Shown here in pieces: positions 46,092-56,121 of a stretch of 64,000 nucleotides of DNA. Position 1 is the stretch's first letter. Every line of letters begins with the position of its first letter. The stretch covers positions 1,264 through 65,263 of the forward strand of contig MNDT01000019.1 in assembly GCA_001915065.1 (NCBI GenBank), read 5' to 3'. The DNA comes from an archaeon 13_2_20CM_2_53_6 (GTDB lineage: Archaea > Thermoproteota > Bathyarchaeia > 40CM-2-53-6). The notes under the pieces were generated by a model. It searched no databases and was not told the origin of the DNA. It saw only the letters and a program-made list of their open reading frames with translations. The position numbers were made by a program, and so were the translations under genes.

Positions 46092-46952
46092 ATGGGCGAA
46101 CCTCCGAGAGACTTTACACCAGACCTTCGTCGCTTGAAAGTCTGGCCCACCATGGAGAGCAGCCCATGGAGGCAACCCTACCTCGCAGACTTGACCTATG
46201 GAGAGATGTATCGCCTAGCTAACGCATTTGTCCCTGGCCGCAAAGTGAGGATTCTCGAAGTGGGCTGCGGTCAAGGTTTCCTCAGCCTCGAACTCGCTCG
46301 CAAAGGTCATGACGTATTAGGGATCGACGTAGATGAGAAAGTGGTCAAGACAGCAAGACGAGTGATGAAGTCTGACGCTTACAAGTCCAACCGAGGAACT
46401 CTAGAATACCAAGTGTCAGACTTCTCGTCTTGGAATAATTTAGGGAAATTGTATGATCTCGTGATTTTCAATCGAGTCTTACATCATATTCCTCGACCCA
46501 ACAAGGCGGTAGACAAAGTCAAACATCTGCTCACATCCCGAGGCCGCATAATTTGTATCGAATACGCGTATGATCGATTTGAACGCCGGTCCGCGACCTG
46601 GTTCTATCACATTCGTAGGGTCCTGGAACAGGCGGGATGGTTTGCATCCTACAAACGGCTTTCTGACAATATCCAGGTGTCGGTCAATCGGATTATGAAA
46701 GATTGGCACGGTCACGGCAGAAAGGAACGCTTGAATCGATTCAAAGAGATGCATGAGCCGCTGAGAAAACTATTTCGGGAAAGGCACTTTTCCTGGGAGC
46801 CTTACATTTTCTGGGACATTTTCATGGGCCTGCGGATCCCATCTGTCGAAACGGAAATCGGTTTCGCTCGCTCTCTCAAAGCTATGGAGAAGGCTCTCAT
46901 TGAGAAAGCGGCCATAAGTCCGATTCTGTTCTGTTTCGTTGGAGATGTGTAA
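46092..46952 (+). CDS. Class I SAM-dependent methyltransferase
   Basis: ILEVGCGQGFLSLELARKGHDVLGIDVDE ... DLVIFNRVLHHI. Confidence 0.8.
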   Translation: MGEPPRDFTPDLRRLKVWPTMESSPWRQPYLADLTYGEMYRLANAFVPGRKVRILEVGCGQGFLSLELARKGHDVLGIDVDEKVVKTARRVMKSDAYKSNRGTLEYQVSDFSSWNNLGKLYDLVIFNRVLHHIPRPNKAVDKVKHLLTSRGRIICIEYAYDRFERRSATWFYHIRRVLEQAGWFASYKRLSDNIQVSVNRIMKDWHGHGRKERLNRFKEMHEPLRKLFRERHFSWEPYIFWDIFMGLRIPSVETEIGFARSLKAMEKALIEKAAISPILFCFVGDV

Positions 46953-47071
46953 AGTGGGAAGCACCTCTGAACAAGACTCTTGCAAGATTGGGCAGAGTCA
47001 TCGGGAAGAGGTCCGAATGAGCTATCTTCAGCGGAGTCTTGAAAGGAAGTAGCGCTTGGCGATGCGGGAAC

Positions 47072-47356
47072 ATGGCAAGACCTACATTCAAAGCGTATGC
47101 GGAAAACATTGAAGCGAAGAGCGGGAAAACTCTGGAAGATTTCTGGAGACTAGCTAATAGGAAGGGCTTCGTAAAACGTGGCCATGTTGTCGCAAAACAC
47201 GGTGAGATGCTTGCATGGTTCAAGTCAGATATGAGACTGGGACATGTGCATGCGAATTTCATCATCCTATTTCTAAGACTACGCGCAAATGATCAGAAAG
47301 TTAGTGCTCAAGCAAGAGAGTGGGCCTTTGCCACGGGATTTCAGAAATCAGAATAG
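47072..47356 (+). CDS. DUF4287-like protein
   Basis: YAENIEAKSGKTLEDFW ... HGEMLAWFKSDMRLGHVHANFI. Confidence 0.6.
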   Translation: MARPTFKAYAENIEAKSGKTLEDFWRLANRKGFVKRGHVVAKHGEMLAWFKSDMRLGHVHANFIILFLRLRANDQKVSAQAREWAFATGFQKSE

Positions 47357-47415
47357 GCCATAGACTCAATCAATATATTAGTGAAGAGAATCCTTGGAAT
47401 AGTCGAGGATGCCAT

Positions 47416-47826
47416 ATGTTCTCTGAAGCTGAAGTTCGATACTTGAAATCTCAACGTTTGGCAAGAATTGCAACCGTATCCAGAAAAGGTCAGCCAGACG
47501 TGGTCCCTGTCGGCTTCGAGTTCGACGGGAAATACTTCTGGGTGGGCAGTCACAGCCAAGACATTTTCCTAAAGACCTGGAAATACCACAATGTCAAGAA
47601 CGGGAACAAACGAGTCGCTCTGACAATTGACGACCTAGAATCCGTAGACCCGTGGAAACCACGGGCGATCAAGGTCTACGGTACTGCAGAGGTCACCGAT
47701 CACAAGGGACAATTTGGTTCAGGGAAGTATCTTCGTATTGCTCCGAAGGTCTCATGGAGCTTCGGCATACCAGGATTGAAGCATGAAGGACCCGGTTGGA
47801 GCAGGGTCAAGACAGTGCATGAATAG
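47416..47826 (+). CDS. PPOX-class (pyridoxamine 5'-phosphate oxidase-like, probably F420/FMN-binding) protein
   Basis: MFSEAEVRYLKSQRLARIATVSRKGQPDVVPVGFEFDG. Confidence 0.75.
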   Translation: MFSEAEVRYLKSQRLARIATVSRKGQPDVVPVGFEFDGKYFWVGSHSQDIFLKTWKYHNVKNGNKRVALTIDDLESVDPWKPRAIKVYGTAEVTDHKGQFGSGKYLRIAPKVSWSFGIPGLKHEGPGWSRVKTVHE

Positions 47827-47979
47827 CTTCGTGTCCAGCTTCCCAGCCTAGGTCCGAAGTTCAGCCAGGCCTCCGCCCAGGCTTACTCGTCGTGATGACT
47901 TGGACCGTTGAGCCTGTAGGATGGATCGCGAAGATCTATGAAGAAAAGATGGGAGTTTTCGACGGGGACCAAGAGTTCT

Positions 47980-48489
47980 CTAGGCTCCCGTGAGAGGCAC
48001 TATCAGCACTCGTACGCACGTCGTACTGGACGAGAGGCTGCCAGAGCCAACGAGGCTTACGCTGACCGTTGCTGGGCTGGTCCATCCCGCCGAGACCGTG
48101 TTGCTTCCGCTGAGTCCTGGCGCAACAACGACTATCGTCGCCGCGGGTGTGCTTCCTGTGCCTGTGTAGGAGAGGGTCAGAGATAGGTGGCTGCTGTCGA
48201 CGACACTGAAGCTAGTGACGCTGACATTGGCGATGGTGCTCGCGGCTCTGAAGGACGTGAAGGTCCCGTTGCGGTCATGCCAGACTAGTGGCCCGGGTCC
48301 CCTCCAGCCGAGCCACTGTCCATTGTATGTTGTGAGATTGTTCTGCGATTGATTTGGGGTCAGTGCCGAAGTGGTGGCGAAGGCGTATGCTGCGGCGCCT
48401 GCGCCAAGACCGACTATCACTAGGAGCAGTACGACAGAGCGCGTTGCAATTCCTCGTTTGACTGTTGGTTGAGTTTCTGTCTGAGACAT
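47980..48489 (-). CDS. Signal-anchored Ser/Thr-rich surface protein
   Basis: N-terminal anchor VVLLLVIVGLGAGAAAYAFATT. Confidence 0.5.
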   Translation of the reverse strand: MSQTETQPTVKRGIATRSVVLLLVIVGLGAGAAAYAFATTSALTPNQSQNNLTTYNGQWLGWRGPGPLVWHDRNGTFTSFRAASTIANVSVTSFSVVDSSHLSLTLSYTGTGSTPAATIVVVAPGLSGSNTVSAGWTSPATVSVSLVGSGSLSSSTTCVRVLIVPLTGA

Positions 48490-48607
48490 TTTTCTCGACA
48501 GTACGGACTAGGCCGGGTGGAGATGGCTATTCTCCTAGGAATCTGCTTAAATCCTCAAAAACCCACGACCGAAGATGGTCCCTTCGTAGGGAGACAGAGC
48601 ATAACCC

Positions 48608-48943
48608 ATGTCTTCTGTTGAAGATCCACTCCTGAAGGAACTGCTCGCCGCGCTTAGGGCGGACACTCAACGAATGGCCTCGGACATCCTGAGTGTTATC
48701 ACGACACAAGCTCTGATTGCAGTCTTCGCCCTCTTTCTTGCGGTGGCCTCGCTTGTCAGGATAATCCTCGAAGGGCTAATCCCGTTCAGAATGGGACCGG
48801 GGCCAGGTCTTGTCCAAAATCTGTTCGAGGCCGCACTGACCTTCGTCCTATTCGCCCTCTCGGTAGTCTCCATCTACAACCTACTAAAACTACGCGAGAG
48901 ATACGCCAGACTCCAAGCTCTAGCGGAAAAACTCGGCCGATAG
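48608..48943 (+). CDS. 2-TM membrane protein
   Basis: Hydrophobic 111-aa ORF. Confidence 0.5.
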   Translation: MSSVEDPLLKELLAALRADTQRMASDILSVITTQALIAVFALFLAVASLVRIILEGLIPFRMGPGPGLVQNLFEAALTFVLFALSVVSIYNLLKLRERYARLQALAEKLGR

Positions 48944-48997
48944 CCGTTGCCGCTATCCCCAGACTCCAGGAAGGAGGCAGAGAAGAGACTGACAGTC

Positions 48998-49258
48998 ATG
49001 AAGATGATAGAGGTCTTTGCCGACAAGTGTCCAAAGAGCACGCCGCTCAATGGACCGTTCGGCGGCGACGATAGGGCCTTCGACCGGCTACTGGGACCCG
49101 CCGGGATACTGACGCGAACGACTCTCGTGACGGCGACGATGGATGGGAGGGTCACATATTACGGCCGGACCGACGCGGGAAGAGTCTACCAGCAGGTCCT
49201 GGACATGCAGCTGAACTTTCTCGACCCCTATACAGGCGGCGAGGTCTGGAAGAAATAA
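48998..49258 (+). CDS. Hypothetical soluble protein
   Basis: ORF only. I prefer the internal ATG 48998. Confidence 0.4.
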   Translation: MKMIEVFADKCPKSTPLNGPFGGDDRAFDRLLGPAGILTRTTLVTATMDGRVTYYGRTDAGRVYQQVLDMQLNFLDPYTGGEVWKK

Positions 49259-49331
49259 TTTGGCAGACTTGAAGCATGATCTTTCAGGCTCAAGGAAAAA
49301 GGGGAGTTTGAAGAAGTCCAGCACTTGTGCT

Positions 49332-49505
49332 CTAGCTTGAGGTCAGGGTGCAATTATGAGCCGTGGTAGTCGTGCCCGCTGTAGTGGCGGTGCTCTGTTG
49401 AGACGTTCCGATTGTCGCAGAGCCGTTGGTGGTTGCAAAGGCGGAGCCGAGAACGTAGGCGGTGGCACCTGCGCCGAAGCCCACTAGCAGCGTGATCTTG
49501 ACCAT
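49332..49505 (-). CDS. Small anchored Thr-rich protein
   Basis: The MVKITLLVGFGAGATAYVLGSAFATT anchor resembles that of 47980..48489. Confidence 0.35.
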   Translation of the reverse strand: MVKITLLVGFGAGATAYVLGSAFATTNGSATIGTSQQSTATTAGTTTTAHNCTLTSS

Positions 49506-49626
49506 TCTCCTAGGAATCCGTTTAAATGAAGAAGGCCCAGTGGTGGACCAGCAAACCGCTCTCCATCGCCGCTTGACAGAGACGGACTGGACGGCCTCCG
49601 TCCATAGTTCCATAGGTCGGTGTTGC

Positions 49627-50067
49627 TTAGTAGGCTCCTTCTCTAAGGTTGATTCCGTGTTCGAGATATGCCTTCAAGCAGCACAGCATCTCCGTCCATC
49701 CTTCGCAGTTTCCGTACGAATTTTCGAGATCTTTCTGGTTCTCTCGCCAGACGCCCTCGGAGATCTTGACAAGAGTTGACGATGGTCCCAAGGATTCGAA
49801 GACCATCTCCACTCGCGTCTTGAGATCTTCCATAGCTTCCCATTCGAAGACTATGAGTTTGTTTTCAACGACCTTCATCACATGGACAGGGAACGGGGCG
49901 ACAGCAGGCTCTTTGAAACTCCAGTTTACAGTCGCTCCCTCTTTCAGAGGTCCGCTCGCTCCGCCAGTCGTGAAGTATTTGCTCAACTTGGCCGGGTTGC
50001 GTACACCGTCGAATACCTCGCCTATCGGCTTTCCAATCTTGGTATGAACCTGGAACCTGAATTTCAT
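49627..50067 (-). CDS. SRPBCC / AHSA1-like protein
   Basis: Size and motifs (KPIGEVFDGVRNPAKLSKYF, EGWTEMLCCLKAYLEHG). It is divergent from an ArsR gene, which is the usual pairing. Confidence 0.75.
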   Translation of the reverse strand: MKFRFQVHTKIGKPIGEVFDGVRNPAKLSKYFTTGGASGPLKEGATVNWSFKEPAVAPFPVHVMKVVENKLIVFEWEAMEDLKTRVEMVFESLGPSSTLVKISEGVWRENQKDLENSYGNCEGWTEMLCCLKAYLEHGINLREGAY

Positions 50068-50140
50068 GATTGCCTAGCTACCTGCCGAGTCGGCAGGACA
50101 GGGGCGTATTTATATGTTATAGTTTTATAACATATCAGCA

Positions 50141-50470
50141 ATGAGGAAAGACGCCGGACAGGAGCTTGTATTCAAGGCACTAGCGGATCATCGAAGACGC
50201 GACATGTTGGATCTGCTGAAAGAGCAGCCCCGGACGACGGGAGAATTGTGCGCGCGCTTCAAAGGCCTTGACCGTTGCACGGTCATGCAGCATCTCCGGG
50301 TGCTTGAGAAGGCTGACCTAATTATCGTCAAGAGAGAAGGGAGACTGCGGTGGAACTACCTCAACGCTGTTCCGATAAAGAAGATCTTCGACAGGTGGAT
50401 TGGACAGTATGCCTCCCAAGCCGTTGAGCTGCTAGCTAGGATGAAGAGTGAGATGGAGGGGACGAAGTGA
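50141..50470 (+). CDS. ArsR/SmtB-family regulator
   Basis: FKALADHRRRDMLDLLKEQPRTTGELCARFKGLDRCTVMQHLRVLEKADLI. Confidence 0.85.
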   Translation: MRKDAGQELVFKALADHRRRDMLDLLKEQPRTTGELCARFKGLDRCTVMQHLRVLEKADLIIVKREGRLRWNYLNAVPIKKIFDRWIGQYASQAVELLARMKSEMEGTK

Positions 50471-50495
50471 GGATCGTTTCTCGATGTGGGGGTGC

Positions 50496-52226
50496 CTAGT
50501 TCGGGATTAGTATCTTGCGGAGTTCGCGGGCATAGGGCTCAATGGTTTTAGGACCGAAATCGAATGGAACACCGGCTGCTTGGAAAAGCATCGGCAACGG
50601 CTTGGACCCTCCCAAGCTCAGAGCGTCCAGGTATGCTTTGACACCCTTTGCGGCATCTTTCCTGAAATTGTACCAGACACCAAACGCTCCGAGCAGCGAG
50701 ATACCGTATTCAATGTAGTAGAAAGGGTAGAGGTACAGGTGTAGCTGTCGCTGCCACCGGGACCTCCAGTATTGCTCATAGTCTTCCCAGCTGTCGCCTC
50801 CGCCGAAGCGTTCCTTCAGCTTGACCCAGTAGTTTTCCCGGTCGGCGACTGAATGTCCAGGGTGTGTGTAGACCCAGTGCTGAAACGCGTCGATAGTCGC
50901 GACCCAAGGTAGCAGTCTTACCAGGCTTGTCAAATGCTCGCGTTTCGAGCGGACAGCGTCTGCATGGTTGTAGAAGACGCCTTCCAAGTGCTCTCCCGCG
51001 AGAAGCTCCATCGCCTGCGACGCGACCTCGGCGAACTCTGAAGGAATGTTTTCGCCTCGTAGCTGGAAGTGGAGGTTGCGGTCTCTGGTTGCGAATACGT
51101 GGAATGCGTGGCCTGATTCGTGGAGTAGTGTTCGCATGTCGCCCTCTCGGCCGACGCTGTTCATGAAGATGAACGGCAACCGGACCTCCGTCAGCTCATA
51201 GTTGTAGCCTCCGGGCGCCTTTCCCTTCCTGCTGTCCAAGTCTAACAGATTGAGCCGGGTCATGCGGCGGAAGTTCTTCCCGAGCTCCTGATGTAGCTTG
51301 TCAAAGACAGTTGCCGACTTTTCCAGAAGGTCATGGCTGTCCTTGAACGGTCGTAATGGAGGTAGACTGTCAGGGTCCACTTGCATATCCCAAGGACGAA
51401 GAACTTCGACCCCGAGTTTTCGTTTCCTCTCTTCGTCTAGTTCTCGCGCGAGCGGGACGATGTGTTTTTCGACGGCTTCGTGAAACCGGACGCAATCCTC
51501 GGGCGTATAGTCGAACCGGTAGAGTTTTCGAAACATGTAATCCCGATAGTTGTCGAAGCCGGCGTTCTTGGAGATCCTAGCCCGGGTTTCTAACAACTCA
51601 TCGTAGATCTGGTTCAGGGCTTGGTGGTCTTTGAAACGCCGCTCTTCAGAGAGGAGCCAGGTTTTCTCTCGGACCGCTCGGTCCGGTTCTTCCAGGAACT
51701 TGTTCATCTGTTGCATCGTCCGCTCCTCACCGTTGTAGAAGACGCTCATTGCTCCGGTGATCTTCTGATACTTCTGGCCAAGCTTCGCGTCCTCCTTCTC
51801 CAAAACGACGTTCTCTTCGCGAAAGATTGAGACGCCATTCTCCTTTCGACGGTCGAGAACAGAAAACCGGTCCGGCTCCAACTCCTTCCGGCCAGGCGAC
51901 GCCAGGTATTTCCGGTCAAGCTGGAAGGATCGCAGCTTCACTTCAGGCTCCACGTGCTCGATGAAGTCGAGGTGAGCCTTCTCCCGGACGGGATCGTCAG
52001 TCTGACACGTCATTCGAATATAGCGTAGATACTGCTCCTCGGTGACTGCAGAGAGGAGTTCAGACTCGTGTTCGAGCCATTTCTCAAGCTCGCCCCGCGA
52101 CCTGGTGGGTTTCTCCTCGAGCTGGTCAAAGAGACTTTTCAACTGGACAGTATCAGCGAGGTCCACCTTTGCGGGAAGATAATGGCGGGGATAATCTCGT
52201 GGCAGTGAGGAGTGATCGAACGACAA
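50496..52226 (-). CDS. pepF: M3B oligoendopeptidase F-like metallopeptidase
   Basis: HESGHAFH zinc motif. The size (576 aa) and overall layout fit. Confidence 0.85.
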   Translation of the reverse strand: MSFDHSSLPRDYPRHYLPAKVDLADTVQLKSLFDQLEEKPTRSRGELEKWLEHESELLSAVTEEQYLRYIRMTCQTDDPVREKAHLDFIEHVEPEVKLRSFQLDRKYLASPGRKELEPDRFSVLDRRKENGVSIFREENVVLEKEDAKLGQKYQKITGAMSVFYNGEERTMQQMNKFLEEPDRAVREKTWLLSEERRFKDHQALNQIYDELLETRARISKNAGFDNYRDYMFRKLYRFDYTPEDCVRFHEAVEKHIVPLARELDEERKRKLGVEVLRPWDMQVDPDSLPPLRPFKDSHDLLEKSATVFDKLHQELGKNFRRMTRLNLLDLDSRKGKAPGGYNYELTEVRLPFIFMNSVGREGDMRTLLHESGHAFHVFATRDRNLHFQLRGENIPSEFAEVASQAMELLAGEHLEGVFYNHADAVRSKREHLTSLVRLLPWVATIDAFQHWVYTHPGHSVADRENYWVKLKERFGGGDSWEDYEQYWRSRWQRQLHLYLYPFYYIEYGISLLGAFGVWYNFRKDAAKGVKAYLDALSLGGSKPLPMLFQAAGVPFDFGPKTIEPYARELRKILIPN

Positions 52227-52324
52227 GACTCTAACGACAGTCAGTCATGATGTTTGACACACTAAAAGATTGCCGCTCTCTGCCTATTATCGTGGACAGG
52301 GGAGAACACCGCCAGTTTGCCGAC

Positions 52325-52609
52325 TCACGGTAGCTTCCCGAGGAGAATCTCCCAAGGATAGATTTCGATGGTGCGGAGCACTCCAGTGCGCATCCAAGGA
52401 TCTTCGCCGAGCCGCGTGCGGAGGACTTGTTCGTTGGCCGCACTGATGATCAGCAACGCCCTATGTTTGGAGTAGTTTCCTAGGGGACCGCCCAATACGA
52501 CAAAGCGCTCGTTGACGAGGGCATCCATGAACACGGCATGTTCAGTCCAACCTTTCTGATCTCGCATCGAGCATTTGTCGTCCCATTGCGGACCCTGCTC
52601 CTCAATCAC
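52325..52609 (-). CDS. YciI-like protein (the N-terminus probably starts 5 codons upstream at ATC 52624)
   Basis: (IAHFV)VIEEQGPQWD ... HAVFMDALVNERFVVLGGPLG ... DPW. Confidence 0.65.
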   Translation of the reverse strand: MIEEQGPQWDDKCSMRDQKGWTEHAVFMDALVNERFVVLGGPLGNYSKHRALLIISAANEQVLRTRLGEDPWMRTGVLRTIEIYPWEILLGKLP

Positions 52610-52738
52610 TACGAAATGTGCGATTTTCTCTCACTTCCTTCCATAGATCCTGTACCTGAGCTCGAGCCGCCAGTAAAAGGTGTGGAGCGCACTTAGCGAG
52701 ATTCCAAGGAGAACGAGCTGTGATCAGACACTTCCCAT

Positions 52739-53083
52739 TCAGCCCCGGATTGGAAGATGTAGGGTCCTCCAAGAAACTGATTTCGCTATGGTTCTACGAC
52801 CTGCGACAACCAATGCGTAGCTCAAGGTCAAGTAGAACGCAGTGTCAAGAACGAAGAAGGGCCAGTCATACTGTGGCCACAGGCGAACCATACAGGCGAT
52901 CAACAACGGGCCTCGGGGACACCCCTCCGTTCCTAGGACTAGGGTTTTCCAAGGAAGAGGAAAACCGTACTCCAAGGAGGATGTTTCGATGAAGCCGGAT
53001 AGCCATGCTGCGAGAAGCGCAAGAGCTGGGACCACGGCGTAGACGAAAACCCGCCAACGGGACCCTTCACCCGCCAAAAACAA
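52739..53083 (-). CDS. Small membrane protein with GFPLPW loop motif
   Basis: TM, then YGFPLPWKT...C..., then TM. It resembles 36322..36627. Confidence 0.45.
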   Translation of the reverse strand: MFLAGEGSRWRVFVYAVVPALALLAAWLSGFIETSSLEYGFPLPWKTLVLGTEGCPRGPLLIACMVRLWPQYDWPFFVLDTAFYLTLSYALVVAGRRTIAKSVSWRTLHLPIRG

Positions 53084-54366
53084 ACACTGCTCATCACCAA
53101 TATTGCTAACGCGGCTCTTAATGCCACGGATTAGAACCGAGTGTTCTGAAAACTGTACGATTCGCGTAAGTTACTCTTCAATCAATTGTGGATTAGCGTT
53201 TAGACGATGTCTATTTGGATGCTGAGAGTGACCTCGTTGTACTGGTCCATGCAGATCCCCATGACGCGGGGTATGCAGGCGGCGTCTCCATCGATCACGA
53301 GGGCCGGCGGAAGCTCAAACGCTCCTCCGTACCGGTCCTTGGTCTCGGGTGCCTTGGAATCCCAGCCGCTGCCTATCTCGCGTTTGCAGGAGTAGGCCCG
53401 AGGAAGAGGTCACTACATTTTCTGTGTGATTAGTCTGCTCCCGAGGATCGGCGGGTTTTCCACATTCAGGAAATCGCGGGATCCCGGGCTTGTGTATGAC
53501 ACTCCGTTCGGGAGGGACCCTTCTGCTTCGATGGTCCCAACGGGTCTGTGGCGGCTCTCTTCTCGAGGCTCTCGCAGGTCCAGTAGCCACGTGTCTGCTA
53601 TCCGGTTCAACATTCCTGGCACTACGTCCCTGACCCTAACAGCTGGAGAATTTTCTCTCCACAATCCTGACAGACCAGTACTTTACCGACAAACGTGTTG
53701 TCGGACCGGTATCGGATCTCGTGATAGGTGGGTTCCCGGCATTGCTGGGAGAAGATTCGTTATTCTAAGCTCTGCATGGGACCCGCTAGTGGTGTCCCGA
53801 AGGAGATGTGTTAGAGAGTAATCCCGACAAGTAGGTGCCTGTTAGCCCCCTTGAAAACCCCTTAGAAACGGCCTAGGAGATTTCTGTGGCTTCAAACCAT
53901 CAAACAGATGCTAGGTTCTACAAGGACCCGATATCTAGCCCGAGGCCGAGAATTGAGCTGAACCTGCTAAAATCCTGAAAAAAAGGTATAGCATCTGTCT
54001 TCGCGTCACAGAACCGGCGAATCCAGAGGATCCAAGAAATCTTGCTCTTCTTTGCAATCTTTTCTTTTCTTGCTAACCATTCTTTTTCTGCCATCTTTTC
54101 TCGACCCCCCCGGGGGCATCTGAATACTCCAGAAACTCTTCACAATCTGCGCAACGCCCATTTGCTGAAAGGGACGTACCGATACTATCTTTAGCGGACC
54201 GTCTAGACCCATTTCTACGATTATCGTCCGTATCCGTCGATCCGGCCAGTGCGGCACATGGAGACCAATGCCAACCGGCCACACTGCGCCGGCTCCAACC
54301 ATTGAGCAGTTACATGACCCGTAAGCCCGCAGTCAGCCTAGCAGCCTGTAGGAGAATGCGGGAACC

Positions 54367-55464
54367 ATGGTATACACCAGTCTCATCCATCTCAAGACCC
54401 TCCTCATGATACTAACAGCCGCGGGAGGAACCGTAACCGGCGGCGTGTTAGCCAACTCCTACGCGAACTCGGCCAACAAGGACCCCGGATCATTCCTCAT
54501 CATGTTGAATCCCTCCACGATGTGGACCGTCCAAGCGGCATCATCAACCTCCGCAATCACAGTCACAAGCATCAACAGCTTCTCGGGAACCGTCACACTC
54601 TCACTATACTTCCCCAGCACAACATTCACGGCGTCGATCAGCCCAACAAGCGTAAGCGTCCCCAGCAACAGCATCGCAAAATCAACACTGTCCGTCACAG
54701 CCCCCGACACGCCCGGAAGCTACACCGTCGTGGTCATCGGAGTCTCTAGCAGCCACGGAAAGACCAGCTACTCCTCGTCCATGCTCACCGTTCAAGTAGC
54801 CTCCAGCCAAGACTTCACAATAACAAGCATGCCCAACAGCATCACCACTACAAACGGAGCCACCAACACAACAACAATCACCGAAACAAGCATGAATGGC
54901 TACACCGGAAACGTCAGTCTAACACTCACCGCACCCTTCGGCTACATAACCGTGACCGGCGGACAAAACCCGCTAATGATAGTTCCAGCCGGTGCCGCTA
55001 GCAGCACTCTTGAGATAACCACCAGCACCAACACGACTGACGGAAACTACAGCATAATGGTAACCGGCTCAGATGGCTCCCGCTCTCACTCGACAACGAT
55101 CCTCCTCCAAGTAGTAGACCCGGTCTCGGTCATCCTCGAATCACTGGTTCTCAACAGCTATCATTTCAATAACAGCACGAGCCTCACACTCTTCCTCCAG
55201 AACACGGGCAACGGAACAATCACACTGCCGTCCTACGTCATACGAGACTCCTCGGGAAACGCGTGGAGTCTCACAAGCTGGACCGGACCCACCATCGAAG
55301 TCAACGGAGTCGGCTCAGCGAATATTCTGATCGGCTCTAGCTGCCCTGGCTGCATATACAGCGGAATAGCCGGACTATTCCTACAGTTCCAACCCGGCCA
55401 GACCTACACGGTCACGGTGACGACTGCCAGAGACAACCAGTTTACGTTCACGGTGACAGACTAG
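54367..55464 (+). CDS. Signal-anchored surface protein with repeated Ig-like (CARDB/NEW3-like) Ser/Thr-rich domains
   Basis: Repeated pattern: ...SFSGTVTLSL...SVSVPSNSIAKSTLSVTAP...GSYTVVV and ...GYTGNVSLTL...GAASSTLEITTS...GNYSIMV. Confidence 0.6.
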   Translation: MVYTSLIHLKTLLMILTAAGGTVTGGVLANSYANSANKDPGSFLIMLNPSTMWTVQAASSTSAITVTSINSFSGTVTLSLYFPSTTFTASISPTSVSVPSNSIAKSTLSVTAPDTPGSYTVVVIGVSSSHGKTSYSSSMLTVQVASSQDFTITSMPNSITTTNGATNTTTITETSMNGYTGNVSLTLTAPFGYITVTGGQNPLMIVPAGAASSTLEITTSTNTTDGNYSIMVTGSDGSRSHSTTILLQVVDPVSVILESLVLNSYHFNNSTSLTLFLQNTGNGTITLPSYVIRDSSGNAWSLTSWTGPTIEVNGVGSANILIGSSCPGCIYSGIAGLFLQFQPGQTYTVTVTTARDNQFTFTVTD

Positions 55465-55492
55465 ACGGCACCCGAGCTTTGAAGAGTGAGAC

Positions 55493-55720
55493 TCAGCCCG
55501 CCAACGGTTTCGAGTGTCGCTCATCGGGGCATATCCAGACAATCTCGCCGCCAAACGTCCGGCCGCCTCGATAACACTGTCTGCCGTGTGTGACGCAGAA
55601 CATTCGACCTCTGAGAATCTCCGGCAGCATCGCCTCCGGCAAGCCCGTAGCTTCTGGGGAGTCGGCGGATTCAGAGTCCGGGTCTGGCTCAGCAAACGGG
55701 TTGTCCAGAGGCCTACTCAT
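55493..55720 (-). CDS. Possible small Cys/His protein
   Basis: ORF only. Acidic N-terminus followed by FCVTHGRQC...WICPDERH. Confidence 0.3.
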   Translation of the reverse strand: MSRPLDNPFAEPDPDSESADSPEATGLPEAMLPEILRGRMFCVTHGRQCYRGGRTFGGEIVWICPDERHSKPLAG

Positions 55721-56121
55721 TGGCGAACTGTGAGAGATTTCTGTGATCGTCCCATTAAGCGTAGCTTCGCATCTTCAACCCGGCTATACCAGGATACGGA
55801 CCGTTTATGCCTGCGGATTTCTGGGGAATGCTTCGGGTCGGCCAAAAATTGGGCAAAGCCGTTCATGCGGGCGACACTAGCCTGTGCCCTACCAGTCGCT
55901 GATCAGCGACCACATACGTCCTGTCGCAAGCAGACCACTGTTATCTCAGACTCGCCTCGTGCGAGAACCGGTTCAAATCGTCGTATGGGCTGAATTGAGC
56001 CTATTTTCGGCTTCTATTGACCGAACTTCTTTTATGGTGATGCCTGCGCGGGCGAGTGCCGAGAGTTACCATGCCTAAGAAATCCAAGAAGGCTAAGAAG
56101 TCGAAACCTAAGAAAGCGAAA

